From the NCBI RefSeq assembly GCF_965363235.1, contig NC_134842.1:20093521-20157520 (forward strand): a DNA stretch of 64,000 bases, written 5' to 3'. Under the pieces are notes generated by a model. The model ran no database searches and had not been told where the DNA came from. It saw only the letters and a list, made by a program, of their open reading frames with translations. Shown here in pieces: positions 11,501 through 25,221 of the stretch; the first letter of the stretch is position 1; the number at the start of each line of letters is the position of its first letter. Origin of the DNA: Mytilus galloprovincialis. Taxonomy: Eukaryota. The position numbers and the translations under genes were made by a program.

Positions 11501-14500
11501 AAATGTAGTCTGAGGAGAGTGGCTGGCTTTGATACTAAATGTAGTCTGAAGAGAGTGGCTACCTTTGATAATAAATGTTGTCTGAGGAGAGTGGCTGGCT
11601 TTGATACTTAATGTAGTATGAAGAGAGTGGCTAGCTTTGATACTAAATGTATTCTAAAGAGAGTGGCTGGCTTTATACTAAATGTAGTCTGAGGAGAGTG
11701 GCTGGCTTTGATACTAAATGTAGTCTGAAGAAAGTGGCTAGCTTTGATACTAAATGTAGTATGAGGAGAGTGGCTGGCTTTGATACTAAATGTAGTCTGA
11801 AGAGAGTGGTTAGCTTTGATACTAAATGTAGTCTGAAGAGAGTTATTGGCTTTGATACTAAATGTAGTCTGAAGGGAGTGGCTGGCTTTGATACTAAATG
11901 TAGTATGAGGAGAGTGGCTGGCTTTGATGCTAAATGTAGTCTGAGGAGAGTGGCTGGCTTTGATACTAAATGTAGTCTGAGGAGAGTGGCTGACTTTGAT
12001 ACTAAATGTAGTCTGAAGGGAGCAGCTGGCTTTGATACTAAATGTAGTCTGAGGAGAGTGGCTAGCTTTGATACTAAATGTAGTCTGAGGAGAGTGGCTG
12101 GCTTTGATACTAAATGTAGTCTGAAGAGAGTGGCTGGCTTTGATACTAAATGTAGTATGAAGAGATTGGCTGGCTTTGATACTAAATGTAGTCTGAGGAG
12201 AGTGACTGACTTTGATACTAATTGTACTATGAAGAGAGTGTCTGGCTTTGATACTAAATGTAGTCTGAGGAGAGTGGTTAGCTTTGATACTAAATGTAGT
12301 CTGAAGGGAGCAGCTGGCTTTGATACTAAATGTAGTATGAGGAGAGTGGCTGGCTTTGATGCTAAATGTAGTCTGAGGAGAGTGGCTAGCTTTGATACTA
12401 AATGTAGTCTGAGGAGAGTGGCTGACTTTGATACTAAATGTAGTCTGAAGGGAGCAGCTGGCTTTGATACTAAATGTAGTCTGAGGAGAGTGGCTAGCTT
12501 TGATACTAAATGTAGTCTGAGGAGAGTGGCTGGCTTTGATACTAATTGTACTATGAAGAGAGTGTCTGGCTTTGATACTAAATGTAGTCTGAGGAGAGTG
12601 GTTAGCTTTGATACTAAATGTAGTCTGAAGGGAGCAGCTGGCTTTGATACTAAATGTAGTCTCAGGAGAGTGGCTAGCTTTGATAATAAATGTAGTCTGA
12701 GGAGCGGGCTAGCTTTAATACTAAATGTAGTATGAAGAGAGTGACTAGCTTTGATACTTAATGTAGTCTGAGAAGAGTGGTTAGCTTTGATACTAAATGT
12801 AGTCTGAAGGGAGAAGCTGGCTTTGATACTAAATGTAGTCTGAGGAGAGTGGCTAGCTTTGATACTAAATGTAGTCTGAGGAGAGTGGCTGGCTTTGATA
12901 CTAAATGTAGTCTGAAGAGAGTGGATGGCTTTGATACTAAATGTAGTATGAAGAGTTTGGCTGGCTTTGATACTAAATGTAGTCTGAGGAGAGTGGCTGG
13001 CTTTGATACTAAATGTAGTATGAGGAAAGTGGTTAGCTTTGATACTAAATGTAGTATGAAGAGAGTGGCTAGCTTTGATACTAAATGTAGTATGAGGAGA
13101 GTGGCTAGCTTTGATACTAAATGTAGTCTGAAGAGAGTGGCTGGCTTTGATACTAAATGTAGTCTGAAGACAGTGTCTAGCTTTTATACTAAATGTAGTA
13201 TGAGGAGTGTGGCTAGCTTTGATAGTAAATGTAGTCTGAGGAGAGTGGCTGGCTTTGATACTAAATGTAGTCTGAAGAGAGTGGTAAGCTTTGATACTAA
13301 ATGTTGTCTGAAGAGAGTTATTGGCTTTGATACTAAATGTAGTCTGAATAGATTGTCTGGCTTTGATACTAAATGTAGTCTGAGGAGAGTGGCTGGCTTT
13401 GATACTAAATGTAGTCTGAGGAGAGTGGCTGGCTTTGATACTAAATGTAGTCTGAATAGATTGTCTGGCTTTGATACTAAATGTAGTCTGAGGAGAGTGG
13501 CTGGCTTTGATACTAAATGTAGTCTGAGGAGAGTGGCTGGCTTTGATACTAAATGTAGTCTGAAGAGAGTGTCTGGCTTTGATACTTAATGTAGTATGAG
13601 GAGAGTGGCTGGCTTTGATACTAAATGTAGTCTGAGGAGAGTGGTTAGCTTTCATACTAAATGTAGTCTGAAGAGATTGTCTGGCTTTGATACTAAATGT
13701 AGTATGAAGAGAAAGGCTGGCATTGATACTAAATGTAGTATGAGGAGAGTGGCTAGCTTTGATAGTAAATGTAGTCTGAAGAGAGTGTCTGGCTTTGATA
13801 CTAAATGTAGTCTGAAGAGAGTGGTAAGCTTTGATACTAAATGTTGTCTGAAGAGAGTTATTGGCTTTGATACTAAATGTAGTCTGAAGGGAGTGGCTGG
13901 CTTTGATACTAAATGTAGTATGAGGAGAGTGGCTGGCTTTGATATTAAATGTAGTCTTAGGAGAGTGGCTGGCTTTGATACTAAATGTAGTCTGAGGAGA
14001 GTGGCTGACTTTGATACTTAATGTAGTCTGAAGGGAGCAGCTGGCTTTGATACTAAATGTAGTCTGAGGAGAGTGGCTAGCTTTGATACTAAATGTAGCC
14101 TGAGGAGAGTGGCTGGCTTAAATACTAAATGTAGTCTGAAGAGAGTTGCTGGCTTTGATACTAAATGTAGTATGAAGAGATTGGCTGGCTTTGATACTAA
14201 ATGTAGTCTGAGGAGAGTGGCTGGCTTTGATACTAAATGTAGTATGAAGAGAGTGTCTGGCTTTGATACTAAATGTAGTCTGAGGAGAGTGGCTGGCTTT
14301 GATACTAAATATAGTCTGAGGAGAATGGTTAGCTTTGATAGTAAATGTAGTCTGAGGAGAGTGGCTGACTTTGATACTAAATGTAGTCTGAAGGGAGCAG
14401 CTGGCTTTGATACTAAATGTAGTCTGAGGAGAGTGGCTAGCTTTTATACTAAATGTAGTCTGAGGAGAGTGGCTAGCTTTAATACTAAATGTAGTATGAA

Positions 14501-17500
14501 GAGAGTGACTAGCTTTGATACTTAATGTAGTCTGAGGAGAGTGGTTAGCTTTGATACTAAATGTAGTCTGTGGAGAGTGGCTAGCTTTGATACTAAATGT
14601 AGTCTGAGGAGACTGGCTGGCTTTGATACTAAATGTAGTCTGAAGAGAGTGGCTGGCTTTGATACTAAATGTAGTATGAAGAGATTGGCTGGCTTTGATA
14701 CTAAATGTAGTATGAAGAGATTGGCTAGGTTTGATACTGAATGTAGTATGAAGAGATTGGCTGGCTTTGATACTCAATGTAGTCTGAGGAGAGTGGTTGA
14801 CTTTGATACTAAATGTAGTCTGAAGGGAGCAGCTGGCTTTGATACTAAATGTAGTCTGAGGAGAGTGGCTAGCTTTGATACTAAATGTAGTCTGAGGAGA
14901 GTGGCTAGCTTTAATACTAAATGTAGTATGAAGAGAGTGACTAGCTTTGATACTTAATGTAGTCTGAGGAGAGTGGTTAGCTTTGATACTAAATGTAGTC
15001 TGAGGAGAGTGGCTAGCTTTGATACTAAATGTAGTCTGAGGAGAGTGGCTGGCTTTGATACTAAATGTAGTCTGAAGAGAGTGGCTGGCTTTGATACTAA
15101 ATGTAGTATGAAGAGATTGGCTGGCTTTGATACTAAATGTAGTCTGAGGAGAGTGGCAGGTTTTGATACTAAATGTAGTATGAGGAGAGTGGCTAGCTTT
15201 GATACTAAATGTAGTCTGAAGAGAGTGGCTGGCTTTGATACTAAATGTAGTCTGAAGACAGTGTCTAGCTTTGATACTAAATGTAGTCTGAGGAGGGTGG
15301 CTGGCTTTGATACTAAATGTAGTCTGAAGAGAGTGGCTGGCTTTGATACTAACTGTAGTATGAAGAGAGTGGCTAGCTCTGATACTAAATGTAGTCTGAA
15401 GAGAGTGGCTGGCTTTGATACTAAATGTAGTATGAAGAGAGTGACTAGCTTTGTTACTAAATGTAGTCTGAAGAGAGTGGCTGGCTTTGATACTAAATGT
15501 AGTCTGAAGAGAGTGGCTAGCTTTGATACTAAATGTAGTCTGAAGAGAGTGACTAGCTTTGATACTAAATGTAGTATGAAGAGAGTGACTAGCTTTGATA
15601 CTAAATGTAGTCTGAAGAGAGTGGCTGGCTTTGATACTAAATGTAGTCTGAAGAGAGTGGCTGGCTTTGATACTAAATGTAGTATGAAGAGAGTGACTAG
15701 CTTTGATACTAAATGTAGTCTGAAGGGAGCAGCTGGCTTTAATACTAAATGTAGTCTGAGGAGAGTGGTTAGCTTTGATACTAAATGTAGTATGAAGAGA
15801 GTGACTAGCTTTGATACTAAATGTAGTCTGAGGAGAGTGGCTGGCTTTGATACTAAATGTAGTCTGAAGAGATTGTCTGGCTTTGATACTAAATGTAGTC
15901 TGAGCAGAGTGGCTGGCTTTGATACTAAATGTAGTCTGAGGAGAGTGGCTGGCTTTGATACTAAATGTAGTCTGAAGAGAGTGTCTGGCTTTGATACTAA
16001 ATGTAGTATGAGGAGAGTGGCTGGCTTTGATACTAAATGTAGTCTGAGGAGAGTGGTAAGCTTTGATACTAAATGTAATATGAAGAGAGTGGCTGGCTTT
16101 GACACTAAATGTAGTCTGAAGAGAGAGGCTGGCATTGATACTAAATGTAGTATGAGGAGAGTGGCTAGCTTTGATAGTAAATGTAGTCTGAAGAGAGTGT
16201 CTGGCTTTGATACTAAATGTAGTCTGAAAAGAGAGGCTGGCATTGATATAAAATGTAGTATGAAGAGAGTGGCTAGCTTTGATACTAAATGTAGTCTGAG
16301 GAGAGTGGCTGGCTTTGATAAAACTAAATGTAGTATGAGGAGAGTGGCTGGCTTTGATACTAAATGTAGTCTGAAGAGAGTGTCTGGCTTTGATACTAAA
16401 TGTAGTCTGAAAAGAAGTGGTTACTTTGATACTTAATGTAGTCTGAAGTGATACTAAATGTAGTCTGAAGTGATACTAAATGTATTTTGAAGAGAGTGGT
16501 AAGCTTTGATACTAAATGTAATCTGAAGAGATTGTCTGGCTTTGATACTAAATGTAGTCTGAGGAGAGTGGCTGGCTCTGATACTAAATGTAGTCTGAGG
16601 AGAGTGGCTGGCTTTGATACTAAATGTAGTCTGAAGAGAGTGGCTGGCTCTGATACTAAATGTAGTCTGAGGAGAGTGGCTGGCTTTGATACTAAATGTA
16701 GTCTGAAGAGAGTGGCTGGCTTTGATACTAAATGTAGTATGAGGAGAGTGGCTTGCTTTGATACTAAATGTAGTCTGAGGAGAGTGCTAAGCTTTGATAC
16801 TAAATGTAGTAATAAGAGAGTGGCTGGCTTTGATACTAAATGTAGTCTGAAGAGAGAGGCTGGCATTGATACTAAATGTAGTATGAGGAGAGTGGCTAGC
16901 TTTAATAGTAAATGTAGTCTGAAGAGAGTGTCTGGCTTTGATACTAAATGTAGTCTGAAGAGAGAGGCTGGCATTGATATAAAATGTAGTATGAAGAGAG
17001 TGGCTAGCTTTGATACTAAATGTAGTCTGAGGAGAGTGGCTGGCTTTGATACTGAATGTAGTACGAGGAGAGTGGCTGGCTTTGATACTAAATTTAGTCT
17101 GAAGAGAGTGGCTGGCTTTGATACTAAATGTAGTATGAGGAGAGTGGCTGGCTTTGATACTAAATGTAGTCTGAAGAGAGTTTCTGGCTTTGATACTAAA
17201 TGTAGTCTGAAAAGAAGTGGTTACTTTGATACTAAATGTAGTCTGAAGTGATACTAAATGTAGTCTGAAGTGATACTAAATGTATTTTGAAGAAAGTGGT
17301 AAGCTTGGATATTAAATGTAGTCTGAAGAGAGTTACTGGCTTTGATACTAATCATAGTCTTAGAGAATGGCTGGCTTTGATACTAAATGTTGTCTGAAGA
17401 GAATGGCTGGCTTTGATACTATATTGAGTCTGAAGAGAGTGGCTGGCTTTGATACTATATTTAGTCTGAAGAGAGTGGCTGGCGATGATACTAAATGTAG

Positions 17501-20400
17501 TCTAAAGAGAGTTTTTGGCTTTGATACTAAATGTAGTCTGAGGAGAGTGACTCGCTTTGATACTAAATTTAGTCTGAAGAGAGTTTTTGGCTTTGATACT
17601 TAATGTAGTCTGAAGAGAGTGGCTGGCTTTGATACTAAATGTAGTCTGAAGAGAGTGGCTGGCTTTGATACTAAATGTAGTCTGAAGAGAATGGCTGGCT
17701 TTGATACTAAATGTAGTCTGAAGAGAGTGGCTGGCTTTGATACTAAATGTAGTCTAAAAAGAGTGGCTGGCTTTGATACTATATGTAGACTGAAGAGAGT
17801 GGCTGGCTTTGATACTAAATGTAGTCTGAGGACAGTGGCTAGCTTTGATACTAAATGTAGTCTGAAGAGAGTGGTTAGCTTTGATACTAAATGTAGTCTG
17901 AAGAGAGTTATTGGCTTTGATACTAAATGTAGTCTAAAGAGAGTGGCTGGCTTTGATACTATATCTAGACTGAAGAGAGTGACTAGCTTTGATACTAAAT
18001 TTAGTCTGAAGAGAGTGTTTGGCTTTGATACTTAATGTAGTCTGAAGAGAGTGGCTGGCTTTGATACTAAATGTAGTCTGAAGAGAGTGGCTGGCTTTGA
18101 TACTAAATGTAGTCTGAAGAGAATGGCTGGCTTTGATACTAAATGTAGTCTGAAGAGAGTGGCTGGCTTTGATACTAAATGTAGTCTAAAAAGAGTGGCT
18201 GGCTTTGATACTATATGTAGACTGAAGAGAGTGGCTGGCTTTGATACTAAATGTTGTCTGAGGTGAGTGGCTAGCTCTGATACTAAAATTTAATGAAGTA
18301 TGAGGAGAGTGGCTGGCTTTGATACTAAATGTAGTCTGAAGAGAGTGGCTGGCTTTGATACTAAATGTAGTCTGAGGAGAGTGGCTGGCTTTGATACTAA
18401 ATGTAGTCTGTAGAGAGTGTCTGGCTTTGATACTAAATGTAGTCTGAGGAGAGTGGCTGGCTTTGATACTAAATGTAGTCTGAAGAGAGTGGCTGGCTTT
18501 GATGCTAAATGTAGTCTGAGGAGAGTGGCTGGCTTTGATACTAAATGTAGTCTGAAGAGAATGGTTAACTTTGATACTTAATGTAGTCTGAGGAGAGTGG
18601 CTGGCTTTGATACTAAATGTAGTATGAAGAGAGTGTCTGGCTTTGATACTAAATGTAGTTGAGGAGAGGGGCTAGCTTTGATACTAAATGTAGTCTGAAG
18701 AGAGTGGCTAGCTTTGATACTAAATGTAGTATGAAGAGAGTGGCTAGTTTTGATACTAAATGTAGTCTGAAGAGAGTGGTTAGCTTTGATACTAAATGTA
18801 GTATGAGGAGAGTGGTTAGCTTTGATACTAAATGTAGTCTGAAGAAAGTTATTGGCTTTGATACTAAATATAGTCTGAAGGGAGCAGCTGGCTTTGATAC
18901 TAAATATAGTCTAAAGAGAGTGGCTGGCTTTGATACTAAATGTTGTCCGAAGAGAGTGCCTGGCTTTGATACTATATTTAGACTGAAGAGAGTGGCTCTC
19001 TTTGATACTTAATGTAGTCTTGAATGTTGAAATAATTTATTATATATCTTCACAAATACTGTTACATCACAAAGTATCCCGAAGTGCTTGCAATTTGTTC
19101 TCACATTTTTCATACAGGTTTTGGCATGTCATGCAAATGAAAACACTAGACACGAGCTAACACCAAGTATAAATATTATACGTGTATATCTTTATTTATT
19201 ATAAACTTCATACAGAGAAGGTTATTTAACTTAGCTTACCTCATATAAGGGAGGTATAACATTCAATGACAAGTCCTTGCCATATTTCTCCTAAGTCTGA
19301 TTGGTCTGTAAATAATGGAAACAATACGTAAAAAATAAGATAAACACATGAATAAAATATCATCAAAACAAAGTTATCTATAAAAGAAGTTCTTTTTTAG
19401 CATTAATTGGATTTTTTTTAGGATTATTAAAACCATGTTATGCCCCACTATCAAAAATTAAGAGCTATATATTTTTTGAGAAAACCTATCCTTGAAAATT
19501 TGATAATACTAAAAACATTGCAATAATTTCTGAATCAACCTAACTAAAATTAAATCTCCACACTCGCTCATTTTCTTATGATTGGTCGCTGCTTGGGAGC
19601 TCCTTACTTTTTAGATTATTTATTCTTTTTATTGACTGTAGGCTTTTTAATGGAAATAAAGTACAAAATGGAAGGAGCTAAAAGTTTTTTGGATGCATTT
19701 TCAATGTGTTTTGAATTTGGAACGTCTTTGACAATGTGTTGACGAAACAAATTGTTGTATGAAATCAAAGATATAAAATTATTTCTTTTTTATTTAAAAG
19801 GAATCTTAATTTGAGTTCATTCATTGCAACATTTGGAATAATGACCATTGGTTTGTTTACTGATTTCTATAAATAAAGAAATTTTTGCATGCATTTATTA
19901 TCACAATTTTTATTGAATAAACAAAAATAAAAGTAAAATCATTGTGATTTTATGAAATAAGCTGACAACAAATATATTCATTTGGTATAAGAATGAGACG
20001 GTGTATTGCAATATTCGAGTATTTGCCTTATAAGCATGATTGATGAAAACCTCAAACTAATTTCCGAACTTATATAACCAATTATTAATATGCTCTGTAC
20101 TGTTCCTGTATATGGAATTCAATTGATTAATCATTAGTACAAAGAACTTCAGTTTGCATTATTGATACACACGTCTACATTCATCATAGTATGACTCTTT
20201 AACATTACTCACAATTCATGTAACTCCATATTAATTGTTATATTATCAATACCTTTGTTTTCTTTATTTTCCGATATTTCTCTTTAAGGTTTCTACAATT
20301 AAAAAGGGCCATAATCATCTAATCAATTATGTATTCAATATGTGGATACATTATCGCTGAGAAGTCATTTTAGTTTCAGGTATAAAAACAAACAATTTTT
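8530..20400 (+). repeat. Duplicated or dispersed element (~2.4 kb without the array) that hosts the satellite. Left arm 8530-9020, right arm 19020-~20400.
   Basis: Both arms have a paralogue at 47505-49950 in which the arms are separated by only ~1.3 monomers. Compare 8950-9060 with 48585-48700, and 19020-19330 with 48700-49020. Confidence 0.7.
9020..19020. repeat. Satellite DNA array with a 36-bp monomer (consensus approximately CTAAATGTAGTCTGARGAGAGTGGCTGGCTTTGATA), about 278 copies, with several higher-order repeat periodicities.
   Basis: The 36-bp periodicity is directly visible. Because 36 is a multiple of 3 and the monomer lacks stops in 4 of 6 frames, the ORF track shows long artefactual ORFs ('FDTKCSLRRVAG'n). 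Identical ORF blocks recur at offsets of 1116 bp (9431 vs 10547; 9719 vs 10835), 216 bp (11186 vs 11402), 432 bp (17619 vs 18051; 14525 vs 14957) and ~796 bp (16410 vs 17205). The 3' part (17300-19015) is more heterogeneous. Confidence 0.95.
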
Positions 20401-22729
20401 CAATGAATAAATATATATATATACTTTTGTACTAGTAAGGTGTATATTTAAATATGCAAGTTATCATTTTACCAATTATTAAACCCAACTAATTTTTAAA
20501 TCAGAACAGTCTCTTCCATGAAGCATTTTTTTATTTACACACTAATGATATGTATTTATGTATGTATCTTGGTTTTTGTTTTGCCAACATATTATTCATA
20601 GTATTCATCTTAAAATGCATAATTAACCTAATATGTTCGTAATCAAATTGATGGCAATTGTGATTACAATTCAATTACGCAGTTTTCAATATTGAACCAG
20701 TATATTAATCCATAGTTAATATTCAAATTGATACAAAACTCTGGAAGTACTAACACATGAACTAAGTTGGTCGAAATATTGATTGAACCGTTCTTAGATA
20801 GAAGACGTTGTAATTCATTACTACAGGCTCCAAACTATAGTTAAATGGGATAATGTTATTCAACTATGGCTTATTTATAATATATAAGAAACAGTGTGTA
20901 ACCATAAAAAAAAAAAAAAAATGAACGATAAAATGAGGTCAAGGTCAAATAAACCCTGCCAAAGTCATATTAGAATTATTCCATACACCAAATAAAGTTG
21001 TCCTGTAACTATTTGAATCATAGAAAAACAGGCACTGCTCATGTACTGATGCTCCTCTAACTTCACACTCATTGAGAGAAAATATTGTTATTTCAAACGT
21101 TCAAAATACAAGTAGAAGTAGGACTGGAAGGACAAACAAAACATATCGAACCATGTTACAATTCAAAATCAGAAACTAGAGTTGTCATTCAAAAACACGA
21201 TGACAAGCAAGGACTATATCCTTAGACATTTTAAAGACTTGAGTTTCAATAGTATCACTCAGATTACAATTCTACCTTGACATCTAAGTTAGTATTTAGC
21301 CTAGAAAATACATATTTAGCCTTGAAAATTGAAAGGTCAGTTTATCCTGTTCATACAATAGAATTTTACCTATGAGGGTCTGAATGGGTTTTACAGAATA
21401 GCTAATAGAAAATAAAAGCAATTAGGTAATGAATTACTGATGAAATAAGTGATCAATGTACTAAACTGACTGAGTAAACGTGACTCCTATTATGTGTATT
21501 CAGCACACTCAGGTATCGTGACTTACACTAAAATATTGTTGACTAAAGTGAATGGCACATGTACCTGGAAAAATGATCATCTGTTCGTTTTTTTGGATTT
21601 TTTCTCTGGCAATCAATTACTATTGTGTTGGTGTGTTCACTAATGAAACTGTTGGTTTTAAAAATTGTAAAGTAAATTAAATGACATAGGGTGAAGGGCT
21701 TGATAGCAATGGAAACAACAACAAAATTCCCTCCTGCCATCCCATCCCCAAGAATATCAAATGGTCTAAACCTTATTGATAAAGTAGGGTTTCATGGGAT
21801 TGAAGCAATATGAATAAAAAATAAGAAAACAAATCAATGATCACGGGTGAAAGAAACTTTGATATGTTCCCCTCAGGTTTTGTTGAATTGAAAACAATCC
21901 TTAAATGGATTTGCTTTTCCAATATACCTTTGTTTCAATTTTCATTGGGAACTATCATCTGTATGAAAATCAAATACTATTTACATAAACAATATAATTT
22001 TGTTAAATGATTTTTTACCAAACTTTCAAATATCAAAATGACCAAACATTATGCAGGTCAAGGATATATCACTCATATTGTTTGGTAACTTGTACATCTA
22101 GTCAAACTGGTTTGGTATCACTGACAGTTTGCTCCTGCCCTGGATGTCTATTTCACAGTGATCTTATGTGTTTGTGCTTTATAGAGTACATTGTACTGAT
22201 ATTCATTGAATTTCTGTTGGGGCATGACCTAAACATGCTAAACAGTGGCATGATATTTCAATTTAATACGAATCAATATAATCTTTAAGCTTATCTTATA
22301 TGAACTAATACTGGTACAAAAAATAAAGTTTAGGATTTTTTTCATCCTGGTTGATGATGCTTTTTTGGGACTTGGATGTTTTCTGATTCTTGTTCACATT
22401 ATTATTATTTTAACCTTCAATGCACATATTGACATTTTTTTAAGATATGTAGTAAACAGTTATATTTTTTTTCAATTTGTTAAATCAATTTCTTAACTTT
22501 GAACAATGGTAATGAAAAATAAAAGACTTATGCCATTCTATTTTCAAACCCTAATGATCAATGCAATTAAAAGGCCTAAAATAACATTAACAGATTTTTA
22601 TCAAGTAATTCAAGATGCACAATGTTTAAGTATAGGTCAGAATATCATAAGGGTTCTTTTGTACTTGAATTATTCCATCAACTCCTATTGTTCAATCTCA
22701 AGGCTAAATGTGTATTTTCTAGGCTAAAT

Positions 22730-23960
22730 ACAAACTTATATGTCAGGTAGAATTGTTATCTGAGTGATACTTGTGAAACTCAAGTAACTATACAAGTCTC
22801 TAGAAAAAAACCAATTGTTACCTTTTATACTTTCTCCAGATTCTAAGTATACATATAAAGGAACGACCATTTCGCTTAAAAGGTGGTTGTGATGGTGGTG
22901 GTTGGAGTATGTTTTTTGAAAAACTAAATAAATTTGCTTTTCGCAAAAAATTATTTCTGACTCAATCAACACCCATACCTCTCTTGAAATTAAATACTTG
23001 GTTCCTAAACCATTTATGGCATACAATAAAAACAAATTTGTCAAGTTTGATAGTATCCTCTTTCTATGCACAGAAGTATTAGTTGCTTATGTCATTAAGT
23101 GCTTTGTGACGTGATGGTTTCATAATGAATGGATATACCACTAGATAATTTGGAAGGAAATATGTATGCAAGCTCAGTGGGCTTATTTTATTTCTGTTCA
23201 TCAATGTCAATGGTTTTTTTTTTTATTAAATAGTCTTTTCATCAACCTAATATTAATGTATACTGGGAAATTGATTTTGTCCGCCTACATCAACAATGAT
23301 TTCAATAGCATTCAAAAACAATGATTACCAAGGACTAAATGCATAGACATTAAATGTCTCTAGAAACAAAAACTGTTATCTCTACTTTCTTCTGTATAAG
23401 TATTCATATTACGAAACGACCATTTAAAGTCAAGGGAGTTGGGTATGAATAAGGAAGGGGGAGGGGGTATTTTGGTTTTCCTATAATAAAAAAAATCGGG
23501 TCAAGCAGATGACCAAACAAAGTTAATTTGAATGCAGATTTCCCATACCTTATAGTGTTTAATTTTGAAAAAAAAAATTTTGGTTGATACCTTTGAAAAA
23601 TTAAATAAATTTGATCGGACTTTGCGCGAAATTTTGTTATTGACTCGAAAAAAAAACATAACCCACTCTTAGTTGCTTCATAAACCATTTTTGAAATATA
23701 CTTAAAACAAATTGAGCAAATTTAATATTATGCTCTTTCTTCACACAAAATTAGTTGTTTATATCATTATTTGCATTGTGACGTGAATGTTTCATTACGA
23801 ATGAAATTTGCACTAGAACAATTCGGAATAAACTATGTACTCACATGCAAGATTAGTGGGTTCATTCTATTATTGTACATCGATGTCAATAGGTTTTTGT
23901 AAATTATCTATTCATCTACCTAATATTATACTGGGAAATTAATTTTGTCCGCCTACATAA
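22730..23960 (+). repeat. Tandem duplication of a ~610-bp unit (~75% identity), with a partial inverted copy at 21190-21340.
   Basis: 22730-23340 matches 23340-23960. The reverse complement of 22700-22790 matches 21235-21335. Confidence 0.6.
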
Positions 23961-24149
23961 ACAATGATTTCATCTTATTAGATTCATTTTCAGTCAGTGT
24001 TGAAAAGATATAGTAGTTACTATTCTAAGACAAAATAAGACAACGACTGCTGTTTAAGTAGAAGGTAAGTAAAGTGTAAATGACAAAATGTTGTGAGTAA
24101 AGACAATAAATAAATATAGTGCTGCCATGATACTTATATGTATAAAAAT

Positions 24150-25075
24150 AAAATGATGTGGTATGATTTCAAATGAAACTACTCTCCACTAGAGACCAAA
24201 CGATGCAGGTGTGGTATAATTGCGAATGAGACAACTCTACACTAAAGGCTAACCCATGTAGATATATAATGTAGTATGATTGCAAATGACACAACTCTCA
24301 ACCATAGACGTGCAAATGATGAAGATTTGGTCTGATTGCCAAAGAGCTCTACATTAGCGACCAAATAATGAAGATGATGTATGATTGCAAATGAGACAAC
24401 TCTCCATCAGAGGTCTCTCATAGAGATGAGGTATGATTACCTATGAGAAAACTCTCCCACAGGAAGCAAATGATATAGATGTGGTATAATTAACAATGAG
24501 ACAACTCTCACCAGGAACCAAATGATATAGATGTGCTATGATTACCAATTAGACAACTCTCACCAGGGACCAAATGATATAGATGTGGTATAATTACCAG
24601 TGAGACAACTCTCCGTCAGAGACCAAATGTAGAAGATGTAGTATTTTACTAATGAGACAAATCGCCATCAGAGACCAAATGGTGTACATATTGTATAATG
24701 ACCAGTTAGACAACATTCCACTTTAGACTAAATGATGAAGATGAGGCTTGATTACCTATGAAAAACTCTCCCCCCAGGGACCAAATGATATAGATGTGGT
24801 ATAATTACCAATAAGACAACTCTTACCAGGGACCAAATGATATAGATGTGGTATTATTACCAGTGAGACAACTCTCCATTAGAGACCAAATGAAGTAGAT
24901 GTAGTTAGTTACTAATGAGACAAATCTCCCAAAGAGACCAAATGGTGCAGATGTGGAATGATGGTCAGTGAGACAACTCTCCACTGTAGACTAAATGGTG
25001 TAGATGAAGTATGATTACCTATGAGAAAATTCTTTTCCAGTGTCCAAATGATGAAGACGGTTTAATTTGTATCAG
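24150..25075. repeat. 52-bp tandem array, about 17 copies, derived from the 5' head of a SINE family ('gatgtggtatgattaccaatgagacaactctccaccagagaccaaat').
   Basis: A 52-bp period is seen (24471 to 24523 to 24575). The same head motif occurs as a single copy at 45000-45045, 47965-48010, 48262-48300(-) and 63020-63060(-). Confidence 0.8.
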
Positions 25076-25221
25076 TATGATTTCATAACATATCAGTTAA
25101 AAACGATAGACTAATTTTGATTGGCAGAAACCAATTGAAAATTCATTTTTAATTTTTGTGGGAACCAATTATCAAACATTGAGAAAAAACTTAAAGTTTG
25201 GTGGTTATATATATATATATA

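Noticed and set aside
9020-19020. Very long ORFs on both strands across the satellite (for example 11673-13655 minus, 660 aa; 14973-16436 plus, 487 aa), and the possibility that this is a CRISPR array.
   Set aside because: The 36-bp monomer is a multiple of 3 and stop-free in four frames, so any array yields endless ORFs that encode only 'FDTKCSLRRVAG'n or its reverse complement. There are no unique spacers, so it is not CRISPR. This is eukaryotic satellite DNA.
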